Under the pieces are notes generated by a model. That model was not told where the DNA came from, searched no databases, and saw only the letters and a list, made by a program, of their open reading frames with translations. A DNA stretch of 64,000 nt from Scyliorhinus canicula (taxonomy: Eukaryota): the NCBI RefSeq assembly GCF_902713615.1, contig NC_052149.1:152869383-152933382 (forward strand), given 5' to 3'. The translations under genes were made by a program, and so were the position numbers. Positions 35,201 through 44,300 of the stretch are shown in pieces. Within the stretch, counting starts at the first letter, position 1, and each line of letters opens with the position of its first letter.

Positions 35201-37654
35201 CCAACAGTATCCGTCGCCGGGCTATCAGGGAAGCAAAGGCCACAATGTTGGCCTCTACCCCCTCCAGGACTCCTGGGTCATCCGACACCCCAAAAATCGC
35301 CACCTCTGGACTCATCGCCACCCTTGTTTTCCGTACCCGAGATATGACGTCCGCAAATCCCTGCCAGTATCCCCTGAGTTTTGGACACGCCCAGAACATG
35401 TGGACATGGTTCGCTGGTCCTCCCCCACATCTAGCACACTTGTCCTCCAGCCCAAAGAATTTGCTCATCTGGGCCACCGTCATGTGGGCCCGTAACAGCC
35501 TCCCCGAACAGGTGCCGGAATGTGGCGACTAGGGGCTTTTCACAGTAACTTCATTTGAAACCTACTCGTGACAATAAACGATTTTCATGTGGGCCCGGTG
35601 AACCACCTTGAACTGAATCAGACCGAGCCTGGCACATGTTGCGGTTCCATTTACCTTCCTCAGAGCGTCTGCCCATACGCCTTCCTCCAACTCCCCACTA
35701 AGCTCCTCCTCCCACTTAAGATTCAGTTCCTCAGTCCCCGTGTCCTCCGCTCCCATAAGCTCCTTATAAATATCTGACTCTCCCCTCTCCTACCTCTCCC
35801 CTGGAAACTACTCTGTCCTGGAACCCCCTTGGTGGAAGGCGTGGAAAGTACGGGACCTGTCTACGTACGAAATCCCGCACCTGAAAGTACCGAAAGTCAT
35901 TCCCTCTCGCCAGCCCGAACTTCTCCTCCAGCGCCCTCATGTTCGGGAAGCTCCCTTCCAGGAACAAGTCACCCATCCTTCCCACCTCCACCCTCCGCCA
36001 CGCTCGAAACCCGCCATCCATCTTCCCCGGGACAAATCGGTGGTTGTCACATATTGGGGACCAGACTGACGCTCCCACTTCCCCCGCATGCTTCCTCCGT
36101 TGGCCCCAAATCCGCAAAGCCGCCACCACTACAGGGCTAGTGGAGTACCTGGCCGGCGGGAACGGCAGGGGAGCTGTGACCAGGGCTGCCAAGCTGGTGC
36201 CCCTGCCCGAAGCAGCCTCCACCCGCTCCCAACCCGACCCCGTACCCACCATCCATTTCCTTATCATGGCTATGTTAGCCACCCAGCAGTAGTTGCCGAG
36301 GTTCGGCAACGCCAGCCCCCCCTCGCTACGGTTCCGTTCCAGCATCCCCCTCTTTACCCGCGGGGACTTCCCCACCCAAACAAATCCCAGGATGATTTTA
36401 TTGATTCTTTTAAAGAAGGAACGCGGTAGGACACTGAAAAATAAACAGGAATCTCGGGAGGATCGTCATCTTCACCGTCTGTACTCTCCCCGCTAGTGAC
36501 AGCGGGAGTGCATCCCACCTCCGAAACTCGCTCCTCATTTGCTCCACCAGCCTGGACAAGTTCAACCTATGCATCTTACCCCAGTCGCGTGCCACTTGTA
36601 TCCCTAGATACCTAAAACTTTCCCCAACTGACAGAGCTCCCCCTTGTCCTCACTTCTCACACCACCAGCCTCCGCATTCGAAAGATCATCCTCTTCCATT
36701 TCTGCCAACTCCAGCATGATGGCACCACCAAACACATCTTCCCCTCATCCCCCACTGTCAGCATTCCGCAGGGACCGCTCCCTCCGTGACACCCTGGTCC
36801 ACTCCTCCATCATCCACAACACCTCATCCCCTTCATACTGCACCATACCTATAACTCCTCACACCTCACCACCCAAAGCCCAAACATTCCTTTCAGGTGA
36901 AGCTTATATTAAATATCTCAAATTTAAATATAACACCAAGGTTACAGACAGCCTGATTCAGTCTCAGAGCTGCCAAAGAGAGGGGCTAAATTGGTGGCCT
37001 CCTTCTGTTCTATACTTTTGTATGATTCCACTAAACCACGAATTGTGAAGAGGAAGTTAGATAATACACACTTGTAAATTATTGTAACAACATGCCCTGA
37101 ATGACAGTTTCTTACCATGTTTCAATTTCTTAATGCAGCAGATTTTAGGGAGACGTTAAGCCTGGGCCCCAGACAGGAATCCGTCTACCAAAATGTCTAT
37201 TACAAGGTATTTGGACAAAAGCCGTATGTTTGAATCATGGGGGACCTGTGTCTGTATCATATGTTTCAGGGAAATCTCTTCAATCTAGGACATGATTGGC
37301 ATGATGGCACAGTGGTTAGCATTAGCGCCAGGGACCCGGAGTCAATTCTGGCCTTGGGTGAGTCTGTGTGGAGTTTGCACTTTCTCCCCGTGTCTGCGTG
37401 GGTTTCCTCCGGGTGCTCTGGTCTCCTCCCACAGTCCAAAGGTTAGGTGGATTGACCACACTAAATTGCTCCTTCGTATCCAAAGATGTGCAGGTTAGGT
37501 GGGGTTATGAGGTTGTGAGGATGGGCGGTGGATTGGGCTGAGGGAGGTGCTCACTCAATGGCCTCCTTCTGCACTGTAGGAATTCTATGGTTCTATTCTA
37601 GTCAATGAAGTCACGGTGACTTACTTTACACTCTATCTTGCACAGATCTCGTGA
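2822..37654 (+). CDS. Multi-exon non-rearranging antigen-receptor-like IgSF type I membrane protein: L-V(J)-C1-C1-C1-TM-cyt(ITIM-like), about 521 aa
   Basis: Exons 2822-2870, 2994-3353, 6455-6772, 9946-10263, 33263-33583, 34446-34568, 37139-37206 and tentative 37646-37654. All have GT-AG boundaries with compatible phases and no internal stops; total 1566 nt. Confidence 0.8.
2994..3353 (+). CDS. Exon 2: V-set Ig domain with in-exon J-like G strand
   Basis: Acceptor ttctgttacag; B-strand Cys (VTLGC), C-strand Trp (MQW), LKIDSLKQTDSTNYYC, then WCGCGLSLKVKP; donor CCAG|gtaagt (phase 1). Confidence 0.92.
3785..4625 (+). mobile_element. Degenerate CR1-clade RT fragment interrupted by a V-SINE
   Basis: Decayed homology to CR1 RT C-terminus; near-duplicated flank agaaa(t/c)ttcagttat on both sides of the SINE. 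Confidence 0.7.
4278..4489 (-). mobile_element. V-SINE (HE1-like, short subfamily)
   Basis: tRNA-like head, V-domain remnant and tail aattggaaaaaatgaattgggtagtactc on the - strand; approximate 15-bp TSD. Confidence 0.85.
4628..6335 (+). mobile_element. L1-clade LINE, 5'-truncated (ORF2 C-terminal region and 3' UTR)
   Basis: RWDGLPLSLAGRVQ...RFLFIFQCLP, MYYYWAANV, HMFWSCPKLEDYW (C-terminal Cys/His motif); frameshifted; ends in aataaaaat plus an A-rich tail. Confidence 0.85.
6455..6772 (+). CDS. Exon 3: C1-set domain 1
   Basis: PPSVYLLHP...LVCVVNDFYPETVSVSW...YTCVVSHEALSSP; acceptor cttctaacctcag, donor G|gtaagt, phase 1/1. Confidence 0.92.
6813..8090 (-). mobile_element. L1-clade LINE fragment (APE endonuclease and ORF2 N-terminal half)
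   Basis: ORF 7696-7959: LVNVYVPN...LIMGGDFNCVL; downstream GPGGYPAEFYKEF motif typical of L1 ORF2. Confidence 0.8.
8090..8418. mobile_element. Harbinger-type MITE fragment
   Basis: GC-rich stretch ending in the TIR cggagaatccagccc (rc gggctggattctccg), shared with 18971, 29060, 31895 and 60029. Confidence 0.6.
8929..9150 (+). mobile_element. V-SINE (HE1-like)
   Basis: gggcagcacggtggcgcagtagttagcactgctgcctcatggcgcc head, conserved tail and (aaat)n end. Confidence 0.85.
9946..10263 (+). CDS. Exon 4: C1-set domain 2
   Basis: DPIPPSIYVLPP...IVCLAVGFYPESIFFRW...YTCEIQHVSLSFP; acceptor ctattcatttag, donor G|gtaagg, phase 1/1. Confidence 0.92.
10690..11220 (-). mobile_element. RTE-clade (BovB-like) LINE 3' fragment
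   Basis: ORF 10786-10968 FGHVSCMGNG...LYRELATG...RPSLRFKNVCK matches the RTE C-terminal pattern GHVxRM...LYGEL..G.R..GRP.LR(Y/F)KD. Confidence 0.65.
11287..15105 (-). mobile_element. Non-autonomous Ty3/Gypsy-type LTR retroelement (gag-like ORF only, no pol)
   Basis: LTRs 11287-11666 and 14718-15105 (TG...CA on the - strand; about 30 substitutions by manual count); flanks attaa/attag (5-bp TSD, 1 mismatch); PBS-like tggtaccagg next to the 5' LTR; polypurine tract next to the 3' LTR. Confidence 0.9.
14122..14631 (-). pseudogene. Gypsy-type gag N-terminal/capsid-like ORF, continuing through frameshifts into a long low-complexity extension to about 11.9 kb
   Basis: GNLSNNW...FQVYM...LLGRVGQEAIE...ERFIFWHRCQRNGEPITDFIIDL...DAMILDQLIYGL resembles vertebrate Gypsy gag; no protease, RT, RNase H or integrase motifs in the element. 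Confidence 0.75.
16408..16628 (+). mobile_element. V-SINE (HE1-like)
   Basis: Head gcatggtggcacagtggttagcactgc, V core and tail aattgggtactctaaattt. Confidence 0.85.
16950..18725 (+). mobile_element. Probable large solo LTR or LTR-element remnant with an internal insertion (about 17.6-17.97 kb)
   Basis: Non-coding, LTR-like composition with aataaa near the 3' end; termini not resolved, so family recognition is weak. Confidence 0.35.
19229..19462 (+). pseudogene. Harbinger Myb/SANT-like (trihelix) DNA-binding protein, exon 1
   Basis: RSTDAETETLMGALEE...AWAQVAEAVS...RMGQQCRNKMHNL followed by donor AGG|gtgagt. Confidence 0.75.
21637..22193 (+). mobile_element. Probable solo LTR inserted into the Harbinger element
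   Basis: AT-rich non-coding block with aataaa, sharply bounded within GC-rich Harbinger sequence; ends ...ggcccgtaataca; no TSD identified. Confidence 0.55.
22200..22900 (-). pseudogene. Harbinger (HARBI1/DDE_Tnp_4-like) transposase remnant
   Basis: RPRVY...SFEDV...CHRRLRLSRQTVRHIC, ARYPDSVHDAFIL and ETRYNDAH...VIERCFSLLMMRFRCLD lie in different frames; the DGTH/NRKG and GDxGY segments are missing. Confidence 0.8.
23690..25250 (-). mobile_element. Second, highly degenerate Harbinger-like transposase remnant
   Basis: Scattered faint motif remnants (RETVH-like N-terminal segment, GD...W.TP-like segment); many stops. Confidence 0.35.
25405..26190 (+). mobile_element. Penelope-like element 3' fragment (GIY-YIG endonuclease and pLTR)
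   Basis: FTCTSSNLVYCIHCSQCGLLYI.ETKRRLGDRFAEH; downstream ctttgacaaagggtcatctggactcgaaac resembles a degenerate hammerhead-type pLTR motif. Confidence 0.85.
26495..27332 (-). mobile_element. Older CR1-clade LINE 3' fragment
   Basis: ORF 26785-27081 with ERLGLYPLEFRRERGDLIKTFKI; tail region aagatcatggctgatctg on +. Confidence 0.75.
27333..28525 (+). mobile_element. Young CR1/HER1-like LINE, 5'-truncated, uninterrupted RT C-terminal ORF
   Basis: ORF 27279-28442 (387 aa): DFSKAFDKVPH, QGSVLGPLLF, FADD; tail tgtaatgttctatg. Confidence 0.92.
29060..29701. mobile_element. Harbinger-type MITE
   Basis: TIRs gggcggaattctc ... gggaatccagccc; GC-rich, non-coding. Confidence 0.75.
30086..30295 (-). 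mobile_element. L1 3' UTR tail fragment
   Basis: Reverse complement closely matches the L1 3' end at about 6130-6335. Confidence 0.8.
30582..30780 (-). mobile_element. V-SINE with TSD
   Basis: Flanked by the 13-bp direct repeat taacaggcgattg. Confidence 0.88.
31036..31107 (+). tRNA. tRNA-His(GTG), degenerate, probable pseudogene
   Basis: GCCGTTATCTTATAGTGGTGAGTACTCTGCATTGTGGCCGCAGCAGCCTCTGTTTGAATCCGAGTCACGGCA; about 7 differences from the canonical vertebrate tRNA-His as I recall it, including TTC to TTT in the T-loop/B-box. Confidence 0.8.
31124..31315 (+). mobile_element. Second tRNA-derived SINE family (gggctggtttagctca head)
   Basis: Shares head and tail (gtggcgactaggggcttttcacag...gtgacaataaa) with the copies at 41.5, 57.5 and 35.5 kb. 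Confidence 0.75.
31895..32960 (-). mobile_element. Harbinger fragment with degenerate transposase catalytic core
   Basis: TIR gggctggattctcc at 31895; reverse strand at about 32.6-32.9 kb reads GIIDCTQ, KRKSFHLINAQVVC, ANFPGTCHD and GDKGYPLR (HARBI1-type motifs). Confidence 0.7.
33263..33583 (+). CDS. Exon 5: C1-set domain 3
   Basis: EPVIQLVSPP...MSCLVSDFYPADISVTW...YWCEVKHVSLGQP; acceptor cctctgctgtag, donor G|gtaagg, phase 1/1. Linkage to exon 4 across a 23-kb intron is inferred from phase and orientation. Confidence 0.88.
34446..34568 (+). CDS. Exon 6: transmembrane segment and stop-transfer (GGILRIMAPLWIVAVVAGLLLIIAAGILIRKKTTSSAHSET)
   Basis: About 23 apolar residues followed by RKK; acceptor aaagcag, donor ACAG|gtgaga, phase 1/1. 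Confidence 0.85.
34845..36628 (-). mobile_element. L1-clade LINE, 5'-truncated, with 15-17 bp TSD
   Basis: Poly(T) on + at 34845; ORFs RRWDALPLSLAGRVQTVKM, NYCWVANI and HMFWACPKLRGYW; TSD tgacagagctccccc(tt). Confidence 0.9.
35501..35588 (+). mobile_element. 5'-truncated SINE (second family) inside the L1
   Basis: SINE 3' half flanked by duplicated tcatgtgggcccg. Confidence 0.75.
37139..37206 (+). CDS. Exon 7: cytoplasmic exon (A)DFRETLSLGPRQESVYQNVYYK
   Basis: Pyrimidine tract plus tgcagcag acceptor; open in the phase-1 frame; SxYxxV motif; donor AAG|gtattt (phase 0). Confidence 0.7.
37300..37590 (+). mobile_element. V-SINE with LINE-derived tail
   Basis: tRNA head, V core and tail ggcctccttctgcactgtaggaattctatg. 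Confidence 0.8.
37646..37654 (+). CDS. Tentative terminal coding exon (IS-stop)
   Basis: Nearest strong acceptor downstream (ttactttacactctatcttgcacag) reads ATC TCG TGA in phase 0; alternatives exist near 39.1 kb. Confidence 0.35.
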   Translation: MS

Positions 37655-39959
37655 ACTCTTGACAGAGTTAATTTAGATAGCAAGACGTAACTTAATGTCT
37701 GATCAATTTTTAACTGAAAATTTTACACTTTACTGTATTAACTCAAACCATTGGATAATTCACACGTTAGTGCAAAAAACAGCGATTAATTTCTCACAGA
37801 TGGTACAAGTAATGTTAAAGGTTTCTATTTATTAATTGCGCTGTCCAGTCATCTGATCAATTACGCTTTTGAATGTTGCTGTTCTGTTATTCCAGTGGTT
37901 CTGCAGGACTTTAGCAGGAGCTGGGTGTGGACGGGTGGTGTAGAAAATGGGAGTGGTCCACCACATGTAGTTTGCCTGCTCTCTAACCTGCCTCCTGCCT
38001 GAGGATGGGAGGGTAATTTAGCCATTGTGATCACAGTACATTTTGTGGAACACTGCCATTGTCTGCACCTCGCTCCCACCGGAGTCCCATTAACACTGAA
38101 CATATTCCTAAAATGTTGTTCTATTCTTTGTCTTAATCATGAAAAGTGGGAAACAATAGCTTGCAATCAATGCAAATTGTAAGACCAGCAGTGGGCATAA
38201 ATGCGCCACCACCATGGTGTGTTTCAGAAACTCCAAGCAGATGGCAGGCCTGCCGGCAAGGCGTTAGTAAAGATCATCCCCGCAGCACCCCGAGGGGAAA
38301 TTTCATGGGTGGTATTTGCGGCAGACTGCTTTTCCAGAATCAACTTGTTCAGTCAGAAGTACAGCAGAAGATTGTACCTGACCACAAAGATTCTGAGGCT
38401 ACACTCCCATTATTTCGAGCAGACTGATAAGATGCCAATCCTTTATTTTGAACTCAGGAGTTGCACAAATTATTTGAGATGCATTAACATCTCCACTAAA
38501 ACAGGAGGCTAGGGAGTGTCATACAAATTTGCTGGTGTGTTTATTTCAGTCCACTTCTTTCATGGCTGTTGTCCTTTTAAATAACTTTGGTTCTGTTATA
38601 TAAATGGTTGCATTAGATATAATTTGGAATTATCATGCTTTTCCGTGATGCAGGATGAAAACTGAAAGTTGGGGAACCCGTACTAAGTACAGCAATGTAA
38701 AAGAGAAGACATGTTTTGGGTGTAAACTTCCCAGAGTCTCAGAACTGATATAGGGTGGGATACTTGGGCCCTTCCCGCCACCAAGATCTTCTGTCCCACC
38801 GAAGATGATACCCCCACCCATGGCAGGACTGGTGAGCCTTGCGGGGGTGGGCTGGTGGAAGATCCCGCCAATGTCGAGCTGGCTCCGCCGCCCGAAAACA
38901 TGCCGTGGAAGGACCGGAAAATCCCATCCCGTTTACAAATGCTGATTTACTGTCAGTTTCCAGCACTTTCTGCTTTTATTTCAGATTTCCCTTTGTGAGC
39001 AGCTGGGTTTGAAATCGCAGTGCTAATTATTGTTTTCTAGGTTTACTTCTAAAGATTTTCTTCTATTTCAGTGAAACAGACTTGAGGGACCAGCAAAGGT
39101 TGGTGACTTTGCCGGCAACCATATTTTGGAAATAGGAATAGGCTGCATTTAATTGTACAATTCAGTGGGAAATACAGAAATGTTTGCTGATATCTTCCGA
39201 CCTGTTTTTATACGTCGTTTTGGAACAATAATGGATGGACCATTGAGCCAGTCAATGAGATCATGGCTGATCTGTGATCTAACGCCAGGTAGACACCTTT
39301 GCCCCTCATTTTCTGCGAAATATATACACAGGCATTGATGGGTTAGCCTAGCCTGCGCTTGGATTTCTTCGAATCTTTAATTATGTTAAAAAGGTAATCG
39401 GTGAATGTCTCTCGTTTCTAAGCTGTAAATTTATACTTAGTTTGTGTGGGGCCCACGTGCCCAGCTTCCACCCAGGACTCTCAACCAGCTTATTGTAAAT
39501 ATTTACTGGAGGTTATTTGCCTTGTTTCCTGAACCCCTTGTTAGTTTCAAGTTTTCATTGCGGAATTATAAATGTGCAGGAGCATTCAAAGAGGTGGTTG
39601 GTGCATTGCTGAAAACAACAGGGAATGGCACATTGATACAGAGCTTCTATTACCAGGATTTGATTTTAGATGATATCATCATAAATTAGATCCTACTGCC
39701 TATTAAACAGAATACTGTCTGCGTTTGAGGGATATATTAGCCACTGCTTGTTGGTACTTGCTCTGTTCACAATAAAGCATTTTTTTTGCGAGGAACAATG
39801 AATATTGATCTAGGATTAATTTTCCCATTTCAATAGATGTTTGCACAGGAGATGTTAGTTAAAAGACAGGGTAATACTTGTCATGATTAATAGAAAACAA
39901 TTCTAGCCCAGACTGAAAGCCTATACCAATAGGAAACAAAGAGACTGCCCCCCTTCCCT

Positions 39960-41025
39960 AGATGGGTGGCACAGTGATTAGCACTGCTGCCTCACAACAC
40001 CAGGGACCCGGGTTCAATTCTGGCCTTGGATGACTGTGTGGAGTTTGTGCGTTCTCCCCATGTCTGTGTGGCTTTCTTCCCACAGTCCAAAGATGAGCAA
40101 GTTAGGCGGATTGGCCATGATAAATTGCCTCTTAGCTACCGAGGATGTGCAGGTTATGTTGCTGGTATAGGGCAGAGTGGATCAGTGCAGACTTGATTGG
40201 CCGAATAATCACCTTCTGCACTGCAGGGATTCTATGAATAAAGCTTGGGTAACTGTTTAGAGGTCTTAAGGATTTGATATGGTAGATACAGAGATGTTTT
40301 CACTTGTGGAGGAGACCAAAAGCAGGGGCCATAAACAAAATATATTCATTAATCTGTCCAATAAAGAATTAAGGAGAAACCTCTCTGCCCAGAGAGTGGT
40401 TAGAATGCAGAATTCACTACCACAGAATAAGTGAGAGAAATACCATAGTTGCATTTAAGGTAAAACTAGATGAACACATGAGAAATAAAGATAAAGAGAA
40501 TGTTAACGGGGTTAGGTGAAGTAAGGTGGGGCACTTGTGTAGAGCAAAAATACCATCATAGGCCAATTACACACAACCACAGCTATTATGCAGTTGAGGA
40601 AAGTTTCAATAGAATGGTGATGGGAATAGTAAACAAAGTTAGATCATTTGACTCAATGGGCCGAATGGCGTCTTTCTGCACTGTAGGGATTCATTGGTAG
40701 GTCAGGTGTTTTTTTCATGCAGCACGGTAGCACAAGTGGATAGCACTGTAGCTTCACAGCACCAGGGTCCCAGGATCAATTCCCTGTTGGGTGACTGTCT
40801 GTGCAGTCTGCACGTTCTCCCGTGTCTGCGTGGGTTTCCTCCAGGTGCTCCAGTTTCCTCCCACAGTGCAAAGACATGCAGGTTATGCAGATTGGCTATG
40901 ATAAATTGCCCTTAGTGACCAAGATGGGGTTATTGGGTTACAGGGATAGGATGGAAGTGAGGGCTTAAGTGGGTCAGTGCAGACGATGGGTCGAATGGCC
41001 TCCTTCTGCACTGTATGTTCTGTGT
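39960..41025 (+). mobile_element. Two V-SINEs (about 39960-40240 and 40720-41025) with a CR1 3' fragment between them
   Basis: Both have the head gcacagtg(a/g)ttagcactg or gcacggtagcacaagtggatagc, the V core and the HER1-like tail. Confidence 0.75.
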
Positions 41026-41321
41026 CTCGGTGCAGACTCATTGTGATTCAATCTAGTGTGCATCTATGAATAAAGAAAGCAGTAATGAAAACTATTAGAA
41101 AAATTAATACTTAAAAGGAAAAAAATGAGGATTAGCGCTCAAACCCCAAAGTATGTACAAACCACACTGATGTTAAACATGAGGGTTTCCCAGAAGGGCA
41201 ATGTGGGAACACCGGTTCATAGTGGTGTACGTGTTTCTTTTGGTATAACGTGACAAATGTAGAGCCCAATGAGGAACAGTCCAGTCCTTGTGTGAACAAT
41301 TATAAAGAATATTTATTAATA

Positions 41322-44300
41322 GAATGTAGAACATTACAGCGCAGTACAGGCCCTTCGGCCCTCGATGTTGCGCCGACCTGTGAAACCACTCTAAAGCCCA
41401 TCTACACTATTCCCTTATCATCCATATGTTTATCCAATGACCATTTAAATGAAAAATGAAATGAAAAATGAAAATCGCTTATTGTCACGAGTAGGCTTCA
41501 ATGAAGTTACTGTGAAAAGCCCCTAGTCGCCACATTCCGGCGCCTGTTCGGGGAGGCTGGTACGGGAATTGAACCGTGTTGCTGGCCAGCCTTGGTCTGC
41601 TTTAAAAGCCAGCGATTTAGCCCAGTGTGCTAAACCAGCCCCTAAATGACCTTAATGTTGGCGAGTCCACTATTGTTGCAGGCAGGTTATTCCATGCCCT
41701 TACTACTCTCTGAGTAAAGAACCTACCTCTGACATCTGTCCTATATCTATCTCCCCTCAATTTAAAGCTATGCAGCCTCATGCTAGCCATCACCATCCGA
41801 GAAAAAAAAGGCTCTCACTGTCCACCCTATCTAATCCTCTGATCATCTTGTATGCCTCAATTTAGTCACCTCTTAACCTTTTTCTCTCTAACAAAAACAG
41901 CCTTAAGTCCCTCAGCCTCTCCTCATAAAATCATCTCTCCATACCAGGCAACATCCTGGTAAATCTCCTCTGCACCCTTTCCAATGCTTCCACATCCTTC
42001 CTATAATGCGGCAACCAGAACTGCACGCAATACTCCAAATGCGGCCGCACCAGATTTGTACAGCTGCAACATGACCTCATGGCTCCGAAATTCAATCCCT
42101 CTGCCAATAAAAGCTAACACACCGTACACCTTCTTAACAACCTTATCAACCTTGGTGGCAACTTTCAGGGATCTATGTACATGGACACCGAGATCTCTCT
42201 GCTCATCCACACTACCAAGAATCTTACAATTAGCCCAGTCCTCTGTCTTCCTGTTATTCCTTCTAAAATGAATCACCTCACACTTTTCAGCATTAAACTC
42301 CATTTGCCACCTCTCAGCCCAGCTCTGCAGCTTATCTATGTCCCTCCGTAACCTGCAACATCCTTCTGCACTGTCCACAACTCCACCGACTTTAGTGTCA
42401 TCTGCAAATTTACTCACCCATCCTTCTACGCCCTCCTCCAGGTCATTTATAAAAATGACAAACAGCAGTGGCCTCAAAACAGATCCTTGTGGTACACCAC
42501 TAGTAACTGAACTCCAGGCTGAACATTTCCCATCAGCCACCACCCTCAGTCTTCTTATAGCGAGCCAATTTCTGATCCAAACTGCAAAATCACCCTGAAT
42601 CCCAATAGCCTACCTTGGGGAACCTTATCAAACGCTTTACTGAAATCCATATACACCACATCAACTGCTTTACCCTCGTCCTCCTGTTTGGTCACCTTCT
42701 CAAAGAACACAATAAGGTTTGTGAGGCATGACCTGCCCTTCACAAAACCGTGTTGACTATCCCTAATCAAAATCTAGATGATTATAAATCCTATCTCTTC
42801 TAAACTTTTCCAAGACTTTGCCCACAACAGAAGTAAGGCTCACTGGTCTATAGTTACCGGGGTTGTCTCTACTCCCCTTCTTGAACAAGGGGACAACATT
42901 CGCTATCCTCCAGTCTTCTGGCACTATTCCTGTAGACAATGACGGCATAAAGATCAAAGCCAAAGGCTCAGCAATCTCCTCCCTAGCTTCCCAGAGAATC
43001 CTAGAATAAATCCCATCTGGTTTATCTATTTTCACACTTTCCAGAATTGCTAACACCTCCTCCTTGAACTTCAAGCCTCCTTCTTCCTCTTGACAAGTGA
43101 TTCAGCTACTTTAGTAAAACACGGTTCCCTCGCTCGACCACTTCCTCCCTGCCTGACAGGTACATATTTATCAAGGACACGCAGTAGCTGTTCCTTGAAC
43201 GAGCTCCACATTTCAATTGTGCCCATCCCCTGCAGTTTCCTTCCCCATCCTATGCATCCTAAGTCTTGCCTCATCGCATCATAATTGCCTTTCCCCCAGC
43301 TATAACTCTTGCCCTGCGGTATATACCTATCCCTTTCCATCGCTAAAGTAAACGTAACTGAATTGCGATCACTATCACCAAAGTGCTCACCTACCTCCAA
43401 ATCTAACACCTGTCCTGGTTCATTACCCAGTACCAAATCCAATGTGGCCTCGCCTCTTGTTGGCCTATCTACATACTGTGTCAGGAAACCCTCCTGCACA
43501 CATTGGACAAAAACAGACCCATCTGAAGTACTCGAACTATAGCGTTTCCAGTCAATATTTGGAAAGTTAAAGTCCCCCATAACAACTACCCTGTTACATT
43601 CGCTCCTATCCAGGATCATCTTTGCAATCCTTTCCTCTATATCTCTGGAACTTTTCGGAGGCCGATAGAAAACTCCCAACAGGGTGACCTTTCCTGTTTC
43701 TAACCTCAGCCCAAACTACCTCAGTAGACGAGTCCTCATCAAACGTCCTTTCCGCCACCATAATACTATCCTTGACTAACAATGCCACCCCTCCCCCTCT
43801 TTTACCACCTTCCCCGAGCTTACTGAAATATCTAAACCCAGGAATCTGCAGCAACCATTCCTGTCCCTGCTCTAGCCATGTCTCCAAAATGGCCACAACA
43901 CCGAAGTCCCAGGTACCAACCCATGCTGCAGGTTCACCCACCTTATTCCGGATGCTCCTGGCGTTGAAGTAGACACACTTTAAAGCACCTTCCTGCCTGC
44001 CGGTATACTCCTGCAACCTTGAAACCTTACTCATGACCTCACTACTCTCAACCTCCTGTATACTGGAGCTACAATTCAGGTTCCCAAACCCCTGCTGAAT
44101 TAGATTAAACCCTCCCGAACAGCATTAACAAATATCCCCCCCAGGATATTGGTATCCCTCTGGTCCAGGTGTAGACCATCCCGTTTGTAGAGGTCCCACC
44201 TACCCCAGAATGAGCCCCAATTATCCAGGTATCTGAAACCCTCCCTCCTGCACCATCCCTGTAGCCATGTGTTCAACTGCTCTCTCTCCCTATTCGTCGT

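Larger units (their letters stand above)
34625..36900 (+). mobile_element. Penelope-like RT/linker fragment (about 34625-34844 and 36629-36900), split by an L1 insertion
   Basis: Right half encodes PPLSAFRRDRSLRDTLVHSS; left half resembles the PLE RT C-terminus; halves rejoin at the duplicated tgacagagctccccc. Confidence 0.75.

Noticed and set aside
2822-37654. Germline-joined IgM/IgW/IgNAR heavy chain or TCR chain
   Set aside because: V lacks VH/TCR framework signatures and RSS; the TM lacks the conserved antigen-receptor TM residues and charged residues; the tail is long and Tyr-bearing; no secretory tailpiece is seen.
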